64,000 bases of DNA from Eubacteriales bacterium (lineage in GTDB: Bacteria > Bacillota > Clostridia > Oscillospirales > CAG-382), in contig JAZRXG010000049.1 of NCBI GenBank assembly GCA_045600105.1, forward strand, positions 304 to 64,303, in the 5' to 3' direction. The notes beneath the pieces were generated by a model that was not told where the DNA came from, made no database searches, and was given only the letters and a program-made list of their open reading frames with translations. A program made the translations under genes and the position numbers. Shown here in pieces: positions 26,131 to 37,200 of this stretch. Positions within the stretch are counted from its first letter, which is position 1. Every line of letters starts with the position of its first letter.

Positions 26131-27102
26131 TTAATCTCTTCTCTGATAGAAGATGTAAGCCGACAGGATACCTGCGACGAGCGCGAGTATCAATGCTACG
26201 AGCAGGAAGTATACCCAGCTCATTGCCGTGGCTCTTACCATACCGCCGGATCCGTTGAAGATGCCGTCGATGAATTTCATAACGGTGTTGGACTGAGACG
26301 TGAACGCGTCGATGACCGTATAGATAGTGTTGACGAGGATCATCGGAGAGATCATCGGGAAGGTTATCTTCCAGAAGGTTTCCCAAGCGCTGGCGCCTTC
26401 CATCTTACAGGATTCGTAGATGGCGGGTGAGATGGACTGAAGACCCGCAAGGAATATAAGCATCTGAACACCGGACTTATTGATTATATCGTAAACCGAG
26501 TTGACGATATCGACAACGTAATTGACGAGTTCCGTACCTACTTTCATGCTGCTGAAGAATCGCTGAACGTCCATTACGTTCAGTATCTGCTGTCCTGCGT
26601 TAGCGGCGTTTTCCATTACGTCCGAGTCCATATTCGTCATTGATTCCTGAACAGACGCGAGTGTGTTCTGGAGGTCGATGGATTCGACGATACCGGTGGA
26701 AACGATGACGGGGATGAAGAATATTGCTCTGAAGATCGCTCTGCCCTTCATTTTCTGGTTAAGAAGAACCGCCATGAAGAGCGAGAAAATAACGATCGCG
26801 GGAATGTTGAAGAGGAGCTCTTTAACACTCGTGATAAGCTTCTGAGTGAAGTCAGCGTTTTCGAGGAACGCGTATCTGAAGTTGTCAAGACCTACCCAGA
26901 TCTCCTCGTAACCGCCGCCTTTCATTGCTTTGGTTTCGATGAAGCAATACTTGATGGAGTCAAGTATCATGGGCATATAGATAAGCACGAAGCCGAGAAG
27001 GAAGGGTGCAATAAAGAACCAACCATAACGAGCTTTTTTCTTATCGAGGGATTTGCTCTTACGTTTCTTCGCCTTAACGGGCAATGTTTTTGCATTATCC
27101 AT
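26131..27102 (-). CDS. sugar ABC transporter permease (MalF-like), pair 2
   Basis: EAA loop ESCKMEGASAWETFWKITFP; 323 aa. Confidence 0.9.
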   Translation of the reverse strand: MDNAKTLPVKAKKRKSKSLDKKKARYGWFFIAPFLLGFVLIYMPMILDSIKYCFIETKAMKGGGYEEIWVGLDNFRYAFLENADFTQKLITSVKELLFNIPAIVIFSLFMAVLLNQKMKGRAIFRAIFFIPVIVSTGIVESIDLQNTLASVQESMTNMDSDVMENAANAGQQILNVMDVQRFFSSMKVGTELVNYVVDIVNSVYDIINKSGVQMLIFLAGLQSISPAIYESCKMEGASAWETFWKITFPMISPMILVNTIYTVIDAFTSQSNTVMKFIDGIFNGSGGMVRATAMSWVYFLLVALILALVAGILSAYIFYQRRD

Positions 27103-30100
27103 TTACGACTTCTCCTTTCTCTTCGGTATCTTCAACGGTGGTTTTAACGAAATCGTTTGCTTTGATCACGATCTCTTTGTCGCCGAAAGTTACTTCATAA
27201 TCGGTTTCGAGGTAGTTGATGAGGAATACCGTGCCGTTGTCGTAAGTTACCTTGACGACCTTCTTGTTGGGATCGAGGTACTCGTGACCTACGATGAGCG
27301 AATACTTGACATCCTTAAGAGCATTATTGAGGGTGTTGTAAGTATTCTTGATATCGTTGAACCAAATGGAATACTTGACGGAATAATACTTGGAAAGGAG
27401 GTAATTGCTGTTGTAGTTCTTGAGTTCGGAGGTATTTTCATAAGCGATCACGAAGAACGGATCCGCGCCGTTTTCGATCGTCTTGAGGAGCTGGTACTGA
27501 TAGTCGCCTGCGAGGTTGATCGCGGTGCCGGCGAAATCGATGTAGCCGTGGATGACCATTCCGTAGAAAGGAACGGATGCGCTGGTGTATTTGTAACGGG
27601 AGTCATCGAGAGGAACTTCAATGATATCCGTTACGTAGGGCCATACGTAGTAGTTACCGCCGGAAACAAGTACCTTGACATTGTCTTCTCTGATCTTCTT
27701 GATGAGTCTGGTAACGATCTTCTTGGAGTCTTCTCTGTTGAGAGGATCGTCTTCATTGAAGTCGGAGGAGAGGTACTGACCGAGGGTGGTGACCGCGATG
27801 CCGCCGATGTCGTACTTCTTATAATCCTTCATTGCCTTTTCGTAGAATTTTTCTACTACGTTGCTGGAGATTATACCAAGTCTGGCGTTGTTGTAGCCCT
27901 GATAGAGAGGATCGTAATAACGAAGTCCGGTAGAACGGTCATCGATGGTCTTCGCGAGATCGTCGCTGTCGAAGCCGTCGAACATTTCGTCTTTGGCTGC
28001 GAGAACGAAATCGAGGTTCGGGAAGAGCTGGATGTTTCCGTTTGCCTTATCGGCTGCGTAAGCAATGAGTTCTTTGAACTTCTTTTCGCCGCCGAGTGCG
28101 TCACAGATCTCGATTTCGGAAGGAACGAGCGGGATCATACCGTCGTTGCACCAGCCTTCCATAAGTACCTTCACGTTGGTGATGCCCGCCATTTCTTTGA
28201 GGTTGGTGAGTATCGTGATGGTATCTTCGAAGCTGGTAAGAGGAACACTCTTCGTTACGGGAACGCCGAGGAACGTCTTCTTGGTGTCGATGGCGCCGAG
28301 CGTCTGGATATAAAGAGGAATATCTTCCGAAGAATCGTTATCTTTTTCGAGTTTTGCGAAGTAGCCCTGATTTTCGAGGTAGTTTCTGTAGGTGTTTGCC
28401 ATACCTGCGATGGAAGCGTTTTCACCGTCGAGGATGAAAATTCTGAGTCCGTAGTCGCCGGTATATCTTCTCTTGGATTCAACGGTCCACATTGCGTCGG
28501 AGCCCGCGGAAATACCGCCGTTCAGTCTGTACGTGTCGCTGGGACGCGGGTTGAACGTGGTATACGCGGAAGCGTACATATGGAGCGAGCCGCCGTTGTT
28601 GACGGTGAGTTTTGCAAGAGAGTCGCCCGCGGTGAGCATTGCGAGATAACCGTAGTTGGTTTTGATGTCGCGGGTCTTTGTGATTTCGGTGACGATTTCT
28701 TCACCGGTTTCGGGGTCGATGACGACATCTTCGTCTGTGTATTCTTCATACGTTACGACGGTTTCGACCGCACCGAACGCAGGATATCTCACGACTTCCT
28801 TGCTGGCGCCCGAAATGGTGTGATACGCGAAGTCCGCACCGTAGATCTGGCTCGTAGTGGTGAACTGCTTGCCTGCGATATCCTTGAGTGAGAACATTGT
28901 ACCGGAACCGTCCGGAGAGAAGATGAAGCCTTCATCGTGGGTATCCACGGCGCCTGCATAAGGCAGGAAGGAAATGGACTGGAGAGTGTAGTTGGAAGAG
29001 TCGAATCTGATCTTGCCGGCGTTGAGTCTGATGTAAAGTCCGTTTTCGTCAAGCGTGTATTCAACCGCAAGCTTGAACAGAGCGGGGATCTTATCGTTTG
29101 CGGTGTACTCGGTTTCGGCATGGTCTTCTTCAAGACGTTCCTTGGAGTAGTCGGTATAAAGTTTGACGTACTGCTCGACCTTGCGGAGTTCGGCGGCCTT
29201 TGCGGTACCTTCGAATACCATTATCGCGAAGTTCTTGGTGCAGGGGAATTTTTCTTCGTTTTCCTTGAGGGTCTTATTGGATTTATCGCGCTGAGTGACT
29301 ACGTAGCTTTCGTAAACACCGGCGTAAATACCCCAGGCGCCCGGATCGGGAGGATTGGTCGCGAGGTAATCCTTCTTGGACTGGAAGAGATATTCCCAGG
29401 TAACGTCACTGATCGAATCTTTTCTGGTGGACTTGAAGGTGTCGCCCCAGGAAGTAAGCTGTTCTACGCTCGTAGCTCTGAGAGTGTAGTAAGCCATGAA
29501 GGTTCTGGTGACTTTGGATTTGGCGGAGTTCTCGGATATCTGAATGAGAAGCTCCATCCATTTGTCGAATCTGATCTGACGGGGAACGAGGTAGGTCGTT
29601 TCTTCACGTCCGATTGTGTATTCGACTCTGAGACCGCCGCGGATCTTCTTGCAGGTGATCTGATCGAAGAGAGCGGAGCTTGCGTAGGATTCAAGAGTGG
29701 TTTCGTTGGTGTTTTCCTGATATTTGATGACTATCTGGGAGAGGAGGGTCTTCTTGACGGAGACCGAAGTATCCTGCTCTTTTTCAACGGATTTACTCTG
29801 ACCTACCTTATAGGGGTTAGTGCAGTAGTAGCCGACGTATTTGTATACGCCGTTTTCATCCATTTCGTATTCGCCCTCGGCATTGGGAGGAGCGAGCTTG
29901 AGGCAGATGACTTCGCCGTTGAGGGGGTCGTTGTAAAGTGCGTAGCCTTCGTTTACGAGGATGAGCTCCATCTTTGCGATATTGGTGTCGCCGGCGATCC
30001 TTGCTTCAACGGAGTTGAACTCGGCGGAAGTATAGGCAGGATCGAGGGTGTCCCAGATATTGACGTTGGAGGAATCATCCGCTGCAAAAGAAACGGTGGA

Positions 30101-30169
30101 AAGGACGGACGGTGCAACGAACGTAAGTGCGAGGACAAGCACCAAAAGTGTTATAAGTGATTTTTTCAT
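27095..30169 (-). CDS. large secreted protein of unknown function, possibly glycoside-hydrolase-like (may correspond to DUF5696)
   Basis: Signal peptide MKKSLITLLVLVLALTFVAP...AADD; 1024 aa. The C-terminal half has alternating beta/alpha-like segments resembling a TIM-barrel glycosidase (EGWCNDG, VPFYGMVIHGY). The family name is from memory only. Confidence 0.75.
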   Translation of the reverse strand: MKKSLITLLVLVLALTFVAPSVLSTVSFAADDSSNVNIWDTLDPAYTSAEFNSVEARIAGDTNIAKMELILVNEGYALYNDPLNGEVICLKLAPPNAEGEYEMDENGVYKYVGYYCTNPYKVGQSKSVEKEQDTSVSVKKTLLSQIVIKYQENTNETTLESYASSALFDQITCKKIRGGLRVEYTIGREETTYLVPRQIRFDKWMELLIQISENSAKSKVTRTFMAYYTLRATSVEQLTSWGDTFKSTRKDSISDVTWEYLFQSKKDYLATNPPDPGAWGIYAGVYESYVVTQRDKSNKTLKENEEKFPCTKNFAIMVFEGTAKAAELRKVEQYVKLYTDYSKERLEEDHAETEYTANDKIPALFKLAVEYTLDENGLYIRLNAGKIRFDSSNYTLQSISFLPYAGAVDTHDEGFIFSPDGSGTMFSLKDIAGKQFTTTSQIYGADFAYHTISGASKEVVRYPAFGAVETVVTYEEYTDEDVVIDPETGEEIVTEITKTRDIKTNYGYLAMLTAGDSLAKLTVNNGGSLHMYASAYTTFNPRPSDTYRLNGGISAGSDAMWTVESKRRYTGDYGLRIFILDGENASIAGMANTYRNYLENQGYFAKLEKDNDSSEDIPLYIQTLGAIDTKKTFLGVPVTKSVPLTSFEDTITILTNLKEMAGITNVKVLMEGWCNDGMIPLVPSEIEICDALGGEKKFKELIAYAADKANGNIQLFPNLDFVLAAKDEMFDGFDSDDLAKTIDDRSTGLRYYDPLYQGYNNARLGIISSNVVEKFYEKAMKDYKKYDIGGIAVTTLGQYLSSDFNEDDPLNREDSKKIVTRLIKKIREDNVKVLVSGGNYYVWPYVTDIIEVPLDDSRYKYTSASVPFYGMVIHGYIDFAGTAINLAGDYQYQLLKTIENGADPFFVIAYENTSELKNYNSNYLLSKYYSVKYSIWFNDIKNTYNTLNNALKDVKYSLIVGHEYLDPNKKVVKVTYDNGTVFLINYLETDYEVTFGDKEIVIKANDFVKTTVEDTEEKGEVVNG

Positions 30170-30190
30170 AATACTTTTTCCTTCCTTTCT

Positions 30191-32392
30191 TTATGATACG
30201 CGGAACGAGATCTCGGCGTAAATGTTGTAGAAGAACGTGTAGACCTTGGTAAGAAGCGTACCGAAGAGGATTATGATGAACATAATGAACGCGGCGCCGA
30301 CTATCGTACCGATGGTCGTAAGAACGTTTTTACCGAGCGTGTAATCGTGAATGACCATCATTCCGAAGAACACGAGAAGTCCGAGCCAGAAGAACGCAAC
30401 GGAGTTGACGAGGGAAAGAATTCCCATTTCTTCAATAGTGACGATGTTGGAAAGCCAGATGGTGGGGAGAATGAGGAGAGGAAGCGGAGTCAGCGAATAG
30501 CAGGTCGCAATGTAGACGTCCTTATAGGTTCCTTCTCCGTCGAACAGAGTGGTAAGGCACCAGTTTGCGGTGACCCAGAGGAACAGAGGAAGCAGTACCG
30601 AAAGGATCTCGGTTACATAGCTTACGTTTGCTCCGTAGGGGTTATAGAGATAGCCGCGGCCCACTGCCTGGTAGATGAACACGAGTACCGTGGTGCAGAG
30701 AATGATGGTCGCACCGCGGACACCGCCGCGTTTTTCATGTTTCAGATCCCAGAAACCGTCGAACGGGTGGAATATGACATGGAACGCGTAAAGAAGTTCT
30801 TCTTTGATGGTTCTCTTCTCTTTGTAAACACGGCCCTGTGCGTTGACCTTGTTTGCCCATTTGAAGAGGAGGCTGACAGCCACGCAGAATACTATGACTA
30901 CGAGAGGAACGATAAGGATCCACTTCTCTACCCAGTCTTTTCTGTATTCGGCATAGGCTTTGGAGTAGTTTTCGGTATCGTACGCGCTCTTGTAATAAGT
31001 CATTGCTTCGGTGAATTTGCCGTTTCTGTAAAGGGTATCACCGATGCCGACGTACGCTTTGTCGTAGTTGTTGTTTCTCTGAAGGATGGACTTGTAGTAG
31101 TTGACTGCTTCGTCGTAGTTCTGATCTTCGGTATTCTGAAGAGCGGCTGCGAGAAGGTCGCCGTAGCTCGTACGTTTGAAAACTGTAACGGAGTTTGCGG
31201 TGGAGTCAACGAGAAGGAGATTGGTTCCCTGATATGCGATGGCGATGAGGTTCTGTACGAGACCGACCTGGTCGCCCTTGTCACCGAACGCGAAGAGGAG
31301 GTTGCCGTTGGAGTCGTAAGTGAATACGCGGCTTCTCTTCTGGTCGGCGATGGACCACATACCGTTGGGGCCGAGTGCTACGTCCACGATGGTGGAGCAG
31401 CCGTAGGAAGCATAGGAGGAGTCGGCATAGCTCGTAACGTCCACTTCGCCGGAAGGCGGATAGAAGCCGTTTCTCTGAAGAACGTCACTTCCGCTCGGGT
31501 TGAGCTTCTTGACGGGAGCTTTGTCGGAAAGTTTGGACTTGCCGTTGATGGCAGCCTGCTGTTCGCCTTCATCGATGGAAGAAAGCGTTACGTAGAGGAA
31601 GCCGTCGGGGTCTATCGTGATGTTGTTATATTCGGTAGGAACGTAACGGATAGAAGCGGCGAGCTGTTCCTGAGTCTTGAACTTTCTCCAGAAGAGGTCC
31701 AGAAGGCTGTAGGTAACCTTCTGAGGTCCGATGAATGCGTTGAAGGAACCGTCACGGTTCATGGAGATGACACCGTAGTTGGTGGTGGAAGATACGACGT
31801 AGATGGTTCCGGCAGAGTCGGTGGCAACGGCGATGGGCTTGTAAACGTCGCTGAAGAGGTCACCGGTAGGCTGAGGAACGATCATCTTGAAGTTACCGAT
31901 CTTATCGAAGATGACGATACGGGATTTTTCGGTATCGGCAACGATTATTTCGGTATCGGAAACGTAAACGCCGGAGGGAGAGGAAAGTGCGTCGGGAACG
32001 CCCATCTGGTTGACGAAAGTGCTGATTATCAGACGAAGATTGTAGTTTTCGTCAAGGCAGATGACTCGTCCGTTGGAGCCCGCGGCTCCTTTATCGACGA
32101 TGTAGATGTAGCCGAGACCGTCTACACAGATATCGGAAACGGCTTCGATGTCGGTCCAGGTCTCGGCGTAAAGCTGAGACGCCATTTCGTTGACCTTGGA
32201 CGCAAGGCCTTCCTGAATGGAAGCCGAGGTGATGACTTTGACGGGGACGTATGCGTCGGGACTGGTCTGCTTTTTGCCGTTGACGTCGTAGGTGTAGCTG
32301 ATATACGGGATAAGAGCGTTAGCAACGACACCGCCGAGCAGGATCATAAGGCAGACAGTCAGAAGCAATACTTTTGTAAATCTTGATTTCAT
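30191..32392 (-). CDS. membrane protein fusing an NHL-repeat beta-propeller, TPR repeats and a C-terminal Yip1-like polytopic domain
   Basis: N-terminal signal/anchor. About six NHL-like blades (e.g. GVYVSDTEIIVADTEKSRIVIFDKIGNF). TPR (YDEAVNYYKSILQRNNNYDKAYVGIGDTLYRNGKFTEAMTYYKSAY). Then roughly six hydrophobic helices. Confidence 0.8.
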   Translation of the reverse strand: MKSRFTKVLLLTVCLMILLGGVVANALIPYISYTYDVNGKKQTSPDAYVPVKVITSASIQEGLASKVNEMASQLYAETWTDIEAVSDICVDGLGYIYIVDKGAAGSNGRVICLDENYNLRLIISTFVNQMGVPDALSSPSGVYVSDTEIIVADTEKSRIVIFDKIGNFKMIVPQPTGDLFSDVYKPIAVATDSAGTIYVVSSTTNYGVISMNRDGSFNAFIGPQKVTYSLLDLFWRKFKTQEQLAASIRYVPTEYNNITIDPDGFLYVTLSSIDEGEQQAAINGKSKLSDKAPVKKLNPSGSDVLQRNGFYPPSGEVDVTSYADSSYASYGCSTIVDVALGPNGMWSIADQKRSRVFTYDSNGNLLFAFGDKGDQVGLVQNLIAIAYQGTNLLLVDSTANSVTVFKRTSYGDLLAAALQNTEDQNYDEAVNYYKSILQRNNNYDKAYVGIGDTLYRNGKFTEAMTYYKSAYDTENYSKAYAEYRKDWVEKWILIVPLVVIVFCVAVSLLFKWANKVNAQGRVYKEKRTIKEELLYAFHVIFHPFDGFWDLKHEKRGGVRGATIILCTTVLVFIYQAVGRGYLYNPYGANVSYVTEILSVLLPLFLWVTANWCLTTLFDGEGTYKDVYIATCYSLTPLPLLILPTIWLSNIVTIEEMGILSLVNSVAFFWLGLLVFFGMMVIHDYTLGKNVLTTIGTIVGAAFIMFIIILFGTLLTKVYTFFYNIYAEISFRVS

Positions 32393-32404
32393 TCGTATTC
32401 CTCC

Positions 32405-33295
32405 TTAGTCTTTCATGCCCGATGCAGACATTGTCTGAAGTATGTTGGATTGCGTGATGACGAATACCAGGATAGGTACGATCATCATTACAACGGTGGA
32501 AGCAGCGCTGACGCCGGTACGGGAAATACCGGAGTTGACGAGCTGGCTTATTGCGTAGTTGAAGGTCTTGAGCTGTTCGCTGTAGATGTAGGTACTCGAA
32601 CCGGTGTTCCACAGATCCTTGAACGCGAACACTATAAGAGTGAGCCACGCGGGTTTGACCATCGGCATTGCGATGACCCAGAAGATCTTGGTTTCGGAAG
32701 CACCGTCAAGTCGTGCGGATTCGAGGACCGCGTCGGTAACGGAGGTTTCCATGAACTGCTTCATGAGGAACAGACCGTAGGTCGTGCAGAACGCGGGGAT
32801 GATGATTGCGAAATAGGTATCTACCCAACCGAGCCAGGACATGAGGATGAAGTTGGTGATGCCGGCAACGGTGGAGTTGAACATGAGGGAGTAGGTGACC
32901 ATCTTGAAGAGGCCTTTTCTTCCGGGGAACGGGATCTTGGAAAGCGCGTAAGCCGCGTAGGAAGCAAGAAGAACGTTGCCCGCGGTACCAACCACGGAAA
33001 TGAGGATGGTATTGAAAATGTATCTGGAGAAAGGCACCCAGCTGTCGCCCATGAGTCTGAACAGGTCGGAGAAGTTCTTGAGGGTCGGGTTGGTAGGAAT
33101 AAGACGCGGCGGGAATACCCAGAACTCTTCAAGAGGCTTGAGCGACTGACCGATAGCGTAGATGAGAGGCAGTACCATCAATGCGCCGAATACGCCGAGT
33201 ATGATGTATATCGCGATATCGCCCTTGACGGAGCGGTTGACGGAACGTTTGAACTGTTCCTTCGGCTGTTTTGCTTTTTTGCTGAACAACGCCAT
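32405..33295 (-). CDS. carbohydrate ABC transporter permease (MalG-like), pair 1
   Basis: EAA loop ESARLDGASETKIFWVIAMP; 296 aa. Confidence 0.9.
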   Translation of the reverse strand: MALFSKKAKQPKEQFKRSVNRSVKGDIAIYIILGVFGALMVLPLIYAIGQSLKPLEEFWVFPPRLIPTNPTLKNFSDLFRLMGDSWVPFSRYIFNTILISVVGTAGNVLLASYAAYALSKIPFPGRKGLFKMVTYSLMFNSTVAGITNFILMSWLGWVDTYFAIIIPAFCTTYGLFLMKQFMETSVTDAVLESARLDGASETKIFWVIAMPMVKPAWLTLIVFAFKDLWNTGSSTYIYSEQLKTFNYAISQLVNSGISRTGVSAASTVVMMIVPILVFVITQSNILQTMSASGMKD

Positions 33296-33296
33296 A

Positions 33297-34241
33297 TCAT
33301 GTACCTACCTTTCTGAGGAGTTTATTGACAAGCATGTTGCAGCCTATCATCATTAGGAAGAGTATGGTAGCGATGGCGGAAGCGTAGCCCATTTCGAATC
33401 GTGTCCAGCCATAGTCGTCCAAATGGTGCATTATCGTGTGCGCGCAGTAGTTCGGGCTCGGGAAACCGACGAGTGCGGTAATGACTCCGCCGAAGCTGAA
33501 CGAACCGGTAATCGCGAGGATAGCGGAAAGGAGAAGCTGAGGACGCATATACGGAAGAGTGATGAACCAAAGTTCCTGCCAGCGGTTCTTGACACCGTCG
33601 ACTGCGCCTGCCTCGTAAAGCGACTTATCAACGACCTGGAAGCCGGCGATAAGGGTAAGGAACGAGGTGCCCAAGCTGGTCCAAAGAGCTATCGCTATGA
33701 TGAGAGGTACGATGTATTCCTCGTTGGAGAACCAGAGTATCGGTTTGTTGATGAAGCCGAGCTTCATGAGCCAGGCGTTTGCGAAACCGTACTGGTCGCC
33801 GGAGAAGAAGACCGTCCAGATGAGGTATACGTTGCCGGAGATGGAGGGTGCGTAGTAAAGAAGAGTAACGACTGCTCTTACCTTAGGTCTGAGTTCGTTG
33901 ATGAACCACGCGAAGAACAGGGACAGCAGATAGGAGCCCGGACCTGTTACGGACGCGAACACGAGGGTGTTCTTGATCGCGGTAAGGAATATTTCGTCGT
34001 CGAGGAAGAGTCGGATATAGTTATCGAGGAAAACGATATCGGGTGCTTCCAGAAGGTTGAAGGTTGTGAAACCGAGGAGGAACGAGAACACGACGGGAAG
34101 AACGGTGAACATGAAGAAGAGTATGAAGAAGGGGGCGATCATAAGATACGCGACCTTATATTTCTTCATTTCCCTGAGAGTCCACTTGAACTTCGACATG
34201 TCTTTTCGTATGACTACCTGGTCTTTTTCTTTCTTTGACAC
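33297..34241 (-). CDS. sugar ABC transporter permease (MalF-like), pair 1
   Basis: EAA loop EAGAVDGVKNRWQELWFITLP; 314 aa. Confidence 0.9.
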   Translation of the reverse strand: MSKKEKDQVVIRKDMSKFKWTLREMKKYKVAYLMIAPFFILFFMFTVLPVVFSFLLGFTTFNLLEAPDIVFLDNYIRLFLDDEIFLTAIKNTLVFASVTGPGSYLLSLFFAWFINELRPKVRAVVTLLYYAPSISGNVYLIWTVFFSGDQYGFANAWLMKLGFINKPILWFSNEEYIVPLIIAIALWTSLGTSFLTLIAGFQVVDKSLYEAGAVDGVKNRWQELWFITLPYMRPQLLLSAILAITGSFSFGGVITALVGFPSPNYCAHTIMHHLDDYGWTRFEMGYASAIATILFLMMIGCNMLVNKLLRKVGT

Positions 34242-34258
34242 TTTTATATCCTCCTCTC

Positions 34259-37200
34259 TCAGTTATTTTCCTTAGCAGAATCCGCGGCTCTGATATCCTC
34301 CTGAGTGGGAAGACCGAACTCTTTACGTTTTCTGGTAAGTTCGTTGTTTATATCTACTATATAGGAAAGCATTTCGGTAACGGGATCCGCGTTATCGTTG
34401 TAAACGTCGAGGAACGCGAAGTTGGTGTAACGTCCGATGATGTAGCTTCCCGGGAATTCGGGGGTACATTCAACGGCGTTGAACTGTGCCATGAGGTTAT
34501 CCATTTCATCCTTGGACCAGGACATCGTGGTGAGAGCTTCGATGTTTGCGGTCGCCTGTTTTGCGGACGGTCCGAGGAGGGCTTCCATTTCGTTGCCGAA
34601 GGCTGCCTGAACTTCCGCGTTCGTGAACCACTGCATGAAGATCCAAGCGGTGAACGCGTTTTCGTCGGTGACGGAACGCATGAGGATCATGGTGGAAACG
34701 GATGCCACCGTGGTATTGTCGATGGTCTTGCCGTCTTCAAGCACGGTGCCGGGAAGCGGAGTGAATTCCCACAGACCTGCGATCTCGGGAGCGAATACGA
34801 TCAGCGTGTTGTAGGTGCCGGAGTAATCCGCGACCGCAAGAGGCATCGTACCGTCTCTGAAACGGTCGGCAAACGTGTAGCTTACCGGGAAGTCGTACAT
34901 CGTGAAGTACTGGCAGACTTTCTTGAACGCGGAGAGCGATTCGTTGGAGTCGAGGTTGATCGTCATACCGTCGGTCTTCGGGCGGATCACTTCATTGCCC
35001 TCGTCGTCGACTACGGTGTAAACGTTCTTGGTGTATTCACCGGTCGCTTCGTCGTATCCGAAGAGCTCGGGATAATTCTCGAGGTAGTAATCGTAGTTGC
35101 CCATATCGTAGAGGGGTTCGCCGATCTGATACATGAGTATCATGGATCCGCCGGTGCCGGTCGGGAAGCCGATGTTGAGGTTGTTCGCCTGAAGCGCGGA
35201 AATGACCTCTTTGAACTGGTCCCAGGTATTAGGCACATTGAGTCCCATTTCTACGAATATGTCTTTGCGGTAGAAGAGCATCGGGAAGGACATCGTGACG
35301 GGGATCGCGTAGGTTTCACCGTAAAGAGTGATGGGCGTGATGGCCGCCGGAGCGAAACGCTTGAACGTCTCGTCAAATGTGTCAACGTAACCGGATTCTA
35401 TCGCCTGCTTATAAGCGGGGTTGTTCTCGAACTTGGAGAAGTCGTTGAAGTTGTAGCCCCTCTTGGGATCGTCCGTGTTGAGCGCGTATACCGCGGAACG
35501 GATGGCGTAGTTGACAGGTGTCGACTGGTCGATGTTCATCGCTATATCGGGTCCCGTGCCGGCAAGGGTCGCAGGCAGAAGCGTACTGCCTATAACGAGC
35601 TTGACGTTGACCGGAACGTTGTATTTTTCCATGAAGTCGTCATCTACGAGCTTTTTGATGATCTGAGCCTGGTCACGGCTGGAAGCGGTCCAGACTTCGA
35701 TTCCCGCTTTTTCGATCGCTTTGAGTTCTTCCTCAGTCAGGTTGCTGGTAGAGCTGATGGAGTTGTAGTCTGCAACGAAGGAAACGAAGAATTTCTTGAC
35801 TTCGTTGACGACCTTCTTCCAGAAGCCTGCTTCTGCCTTCGGGATCTTGGCGTCAACCGGCTGAACGAGGATGTAGTCGATCTCAAGCGGCTGGCTCTGC
35901 GTATCGGTGAGCCAGGAGCCGAGTGCCGCGAGGTAATCCTTCATCTGAGAAAGGAGAGCGGCGATCTTGTTGGGATGGGTACCCATTTCTTCGATGGTGG
36001 TCGCGACTCTTTCGAGAGTACCGTTGTTGCTTCCGCGGACGCCGGTAACTTCGGTAAGTCTCGCGGAAACGTCCTTCAGTTCCTGAGCGCTCTTCTTGAG
36101 GCCTTTGAGAACGTCGGGCATGATCTTCTCGAACTGATAGTCACGGTATTCATCGGGATCGGGACCGGTGAGCATCAATATCTTTCTGTAATACGCGTTG
36201 CAGTTGGTAAGCGTGTTTTCAACGCTGCTGAGGATCTCGGACATATCGCCGAGAACGACCTCGAATCTGACGGTGTTGACACCCTTCTCGAGATAGAACT
36301 TGAAGTCCTTTCTCTTGGTATCAAGCTCTGCTTTGCCGTCGTACATGCCGCCGGTCTGCCACGAGTCATCGTAGTTGAAACGGCAGTTGGCTGCCTCGGC
36401 AAACGGAACTTCACCGTTTATGTAGATCTTTCTCGAAACGTACATACCTTCCATGATGGACTGCTTGTATCTGAGAACGATGTTATAGAAGCCGTCTTCG
36501 GGGACGTCGATCTCGTATTCGATCCACTGACCGACGTAAGTCCACTTATCGCCGCCGATGCTGTTCAGTCTCTGGAGAGCCGCGTCCTGCGGTTCGCTGA
36601 TGGCGGAAGTTCTGTCGTTGAGCTGATAGATAGTCTTATCGGAAGTGAGGGTCGGGTATTCGCCCTGGACCTTGATCGCATTTCCGGAATAGTCGTTTGC
36701 GCCAGCGTGGCTTGCAAGATACTCGGCGTAAGTCGGAAGCGCGGCGGAGGGGCAAAGTCTGATGCTCTTTACCGCGACGGGCTCACGAATGGTCGAGAAG
36801 GTGATGACGTGCTCGCCTTTGGTAAGCGCGAAGCGGAGCGGATCGGGATAGTATCCGGCGGAATCGCAGAGATACTTGGTGTACCAGTTGTCGCGAAGCT
36901 CCTTGTTGGGCTTCATTTCGTTTCCGGCGTTATCGCGCTGGAAAATACGTACGTTGGCACTCTGATCTCTCGCGGCGTCGGTGAATCTCGAATCCGAAGT
37001 ATCGAAAGTGACTTTTCTTTCTTTTCCGTCGGCACCTTTTTCGTAAACGGCTTTGTAACCGTTATCCTTGTCAACGACGTTGTATACGTCGGTCCAGCTT
37101 CTCGTAAGAGAGATGGAACGCGCTTCCTTGTATGGAACGGCGCCGTCTATGAGGATGATCCTTTCGATGTCGGTGGATTTGCCTTCGATCACGGCTTCTC

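Noticed and set aside
27053-28891. 612 aa + ORF. The same applies to 28937-30160 (+), 30347-32386 (+), 32450-33316 (+) and 33423-34238 (+)
   Set aside because: All are antisense to well-supported minus-strand genes (secreted protein, NHL-Yip1 protein, permeases with EAA loops) and have low-complexity shadow-like translations.
25084-34241. Two permease pairs as an assembly duplication or a recent tandem duplication
   Set aside because: The paired permeases differ strongly in sequence and length (e.g. EAA loops EAAYVDGAGVFKTF versus ESARLDGASETKIF), so they are distinct paralogues, not copies.
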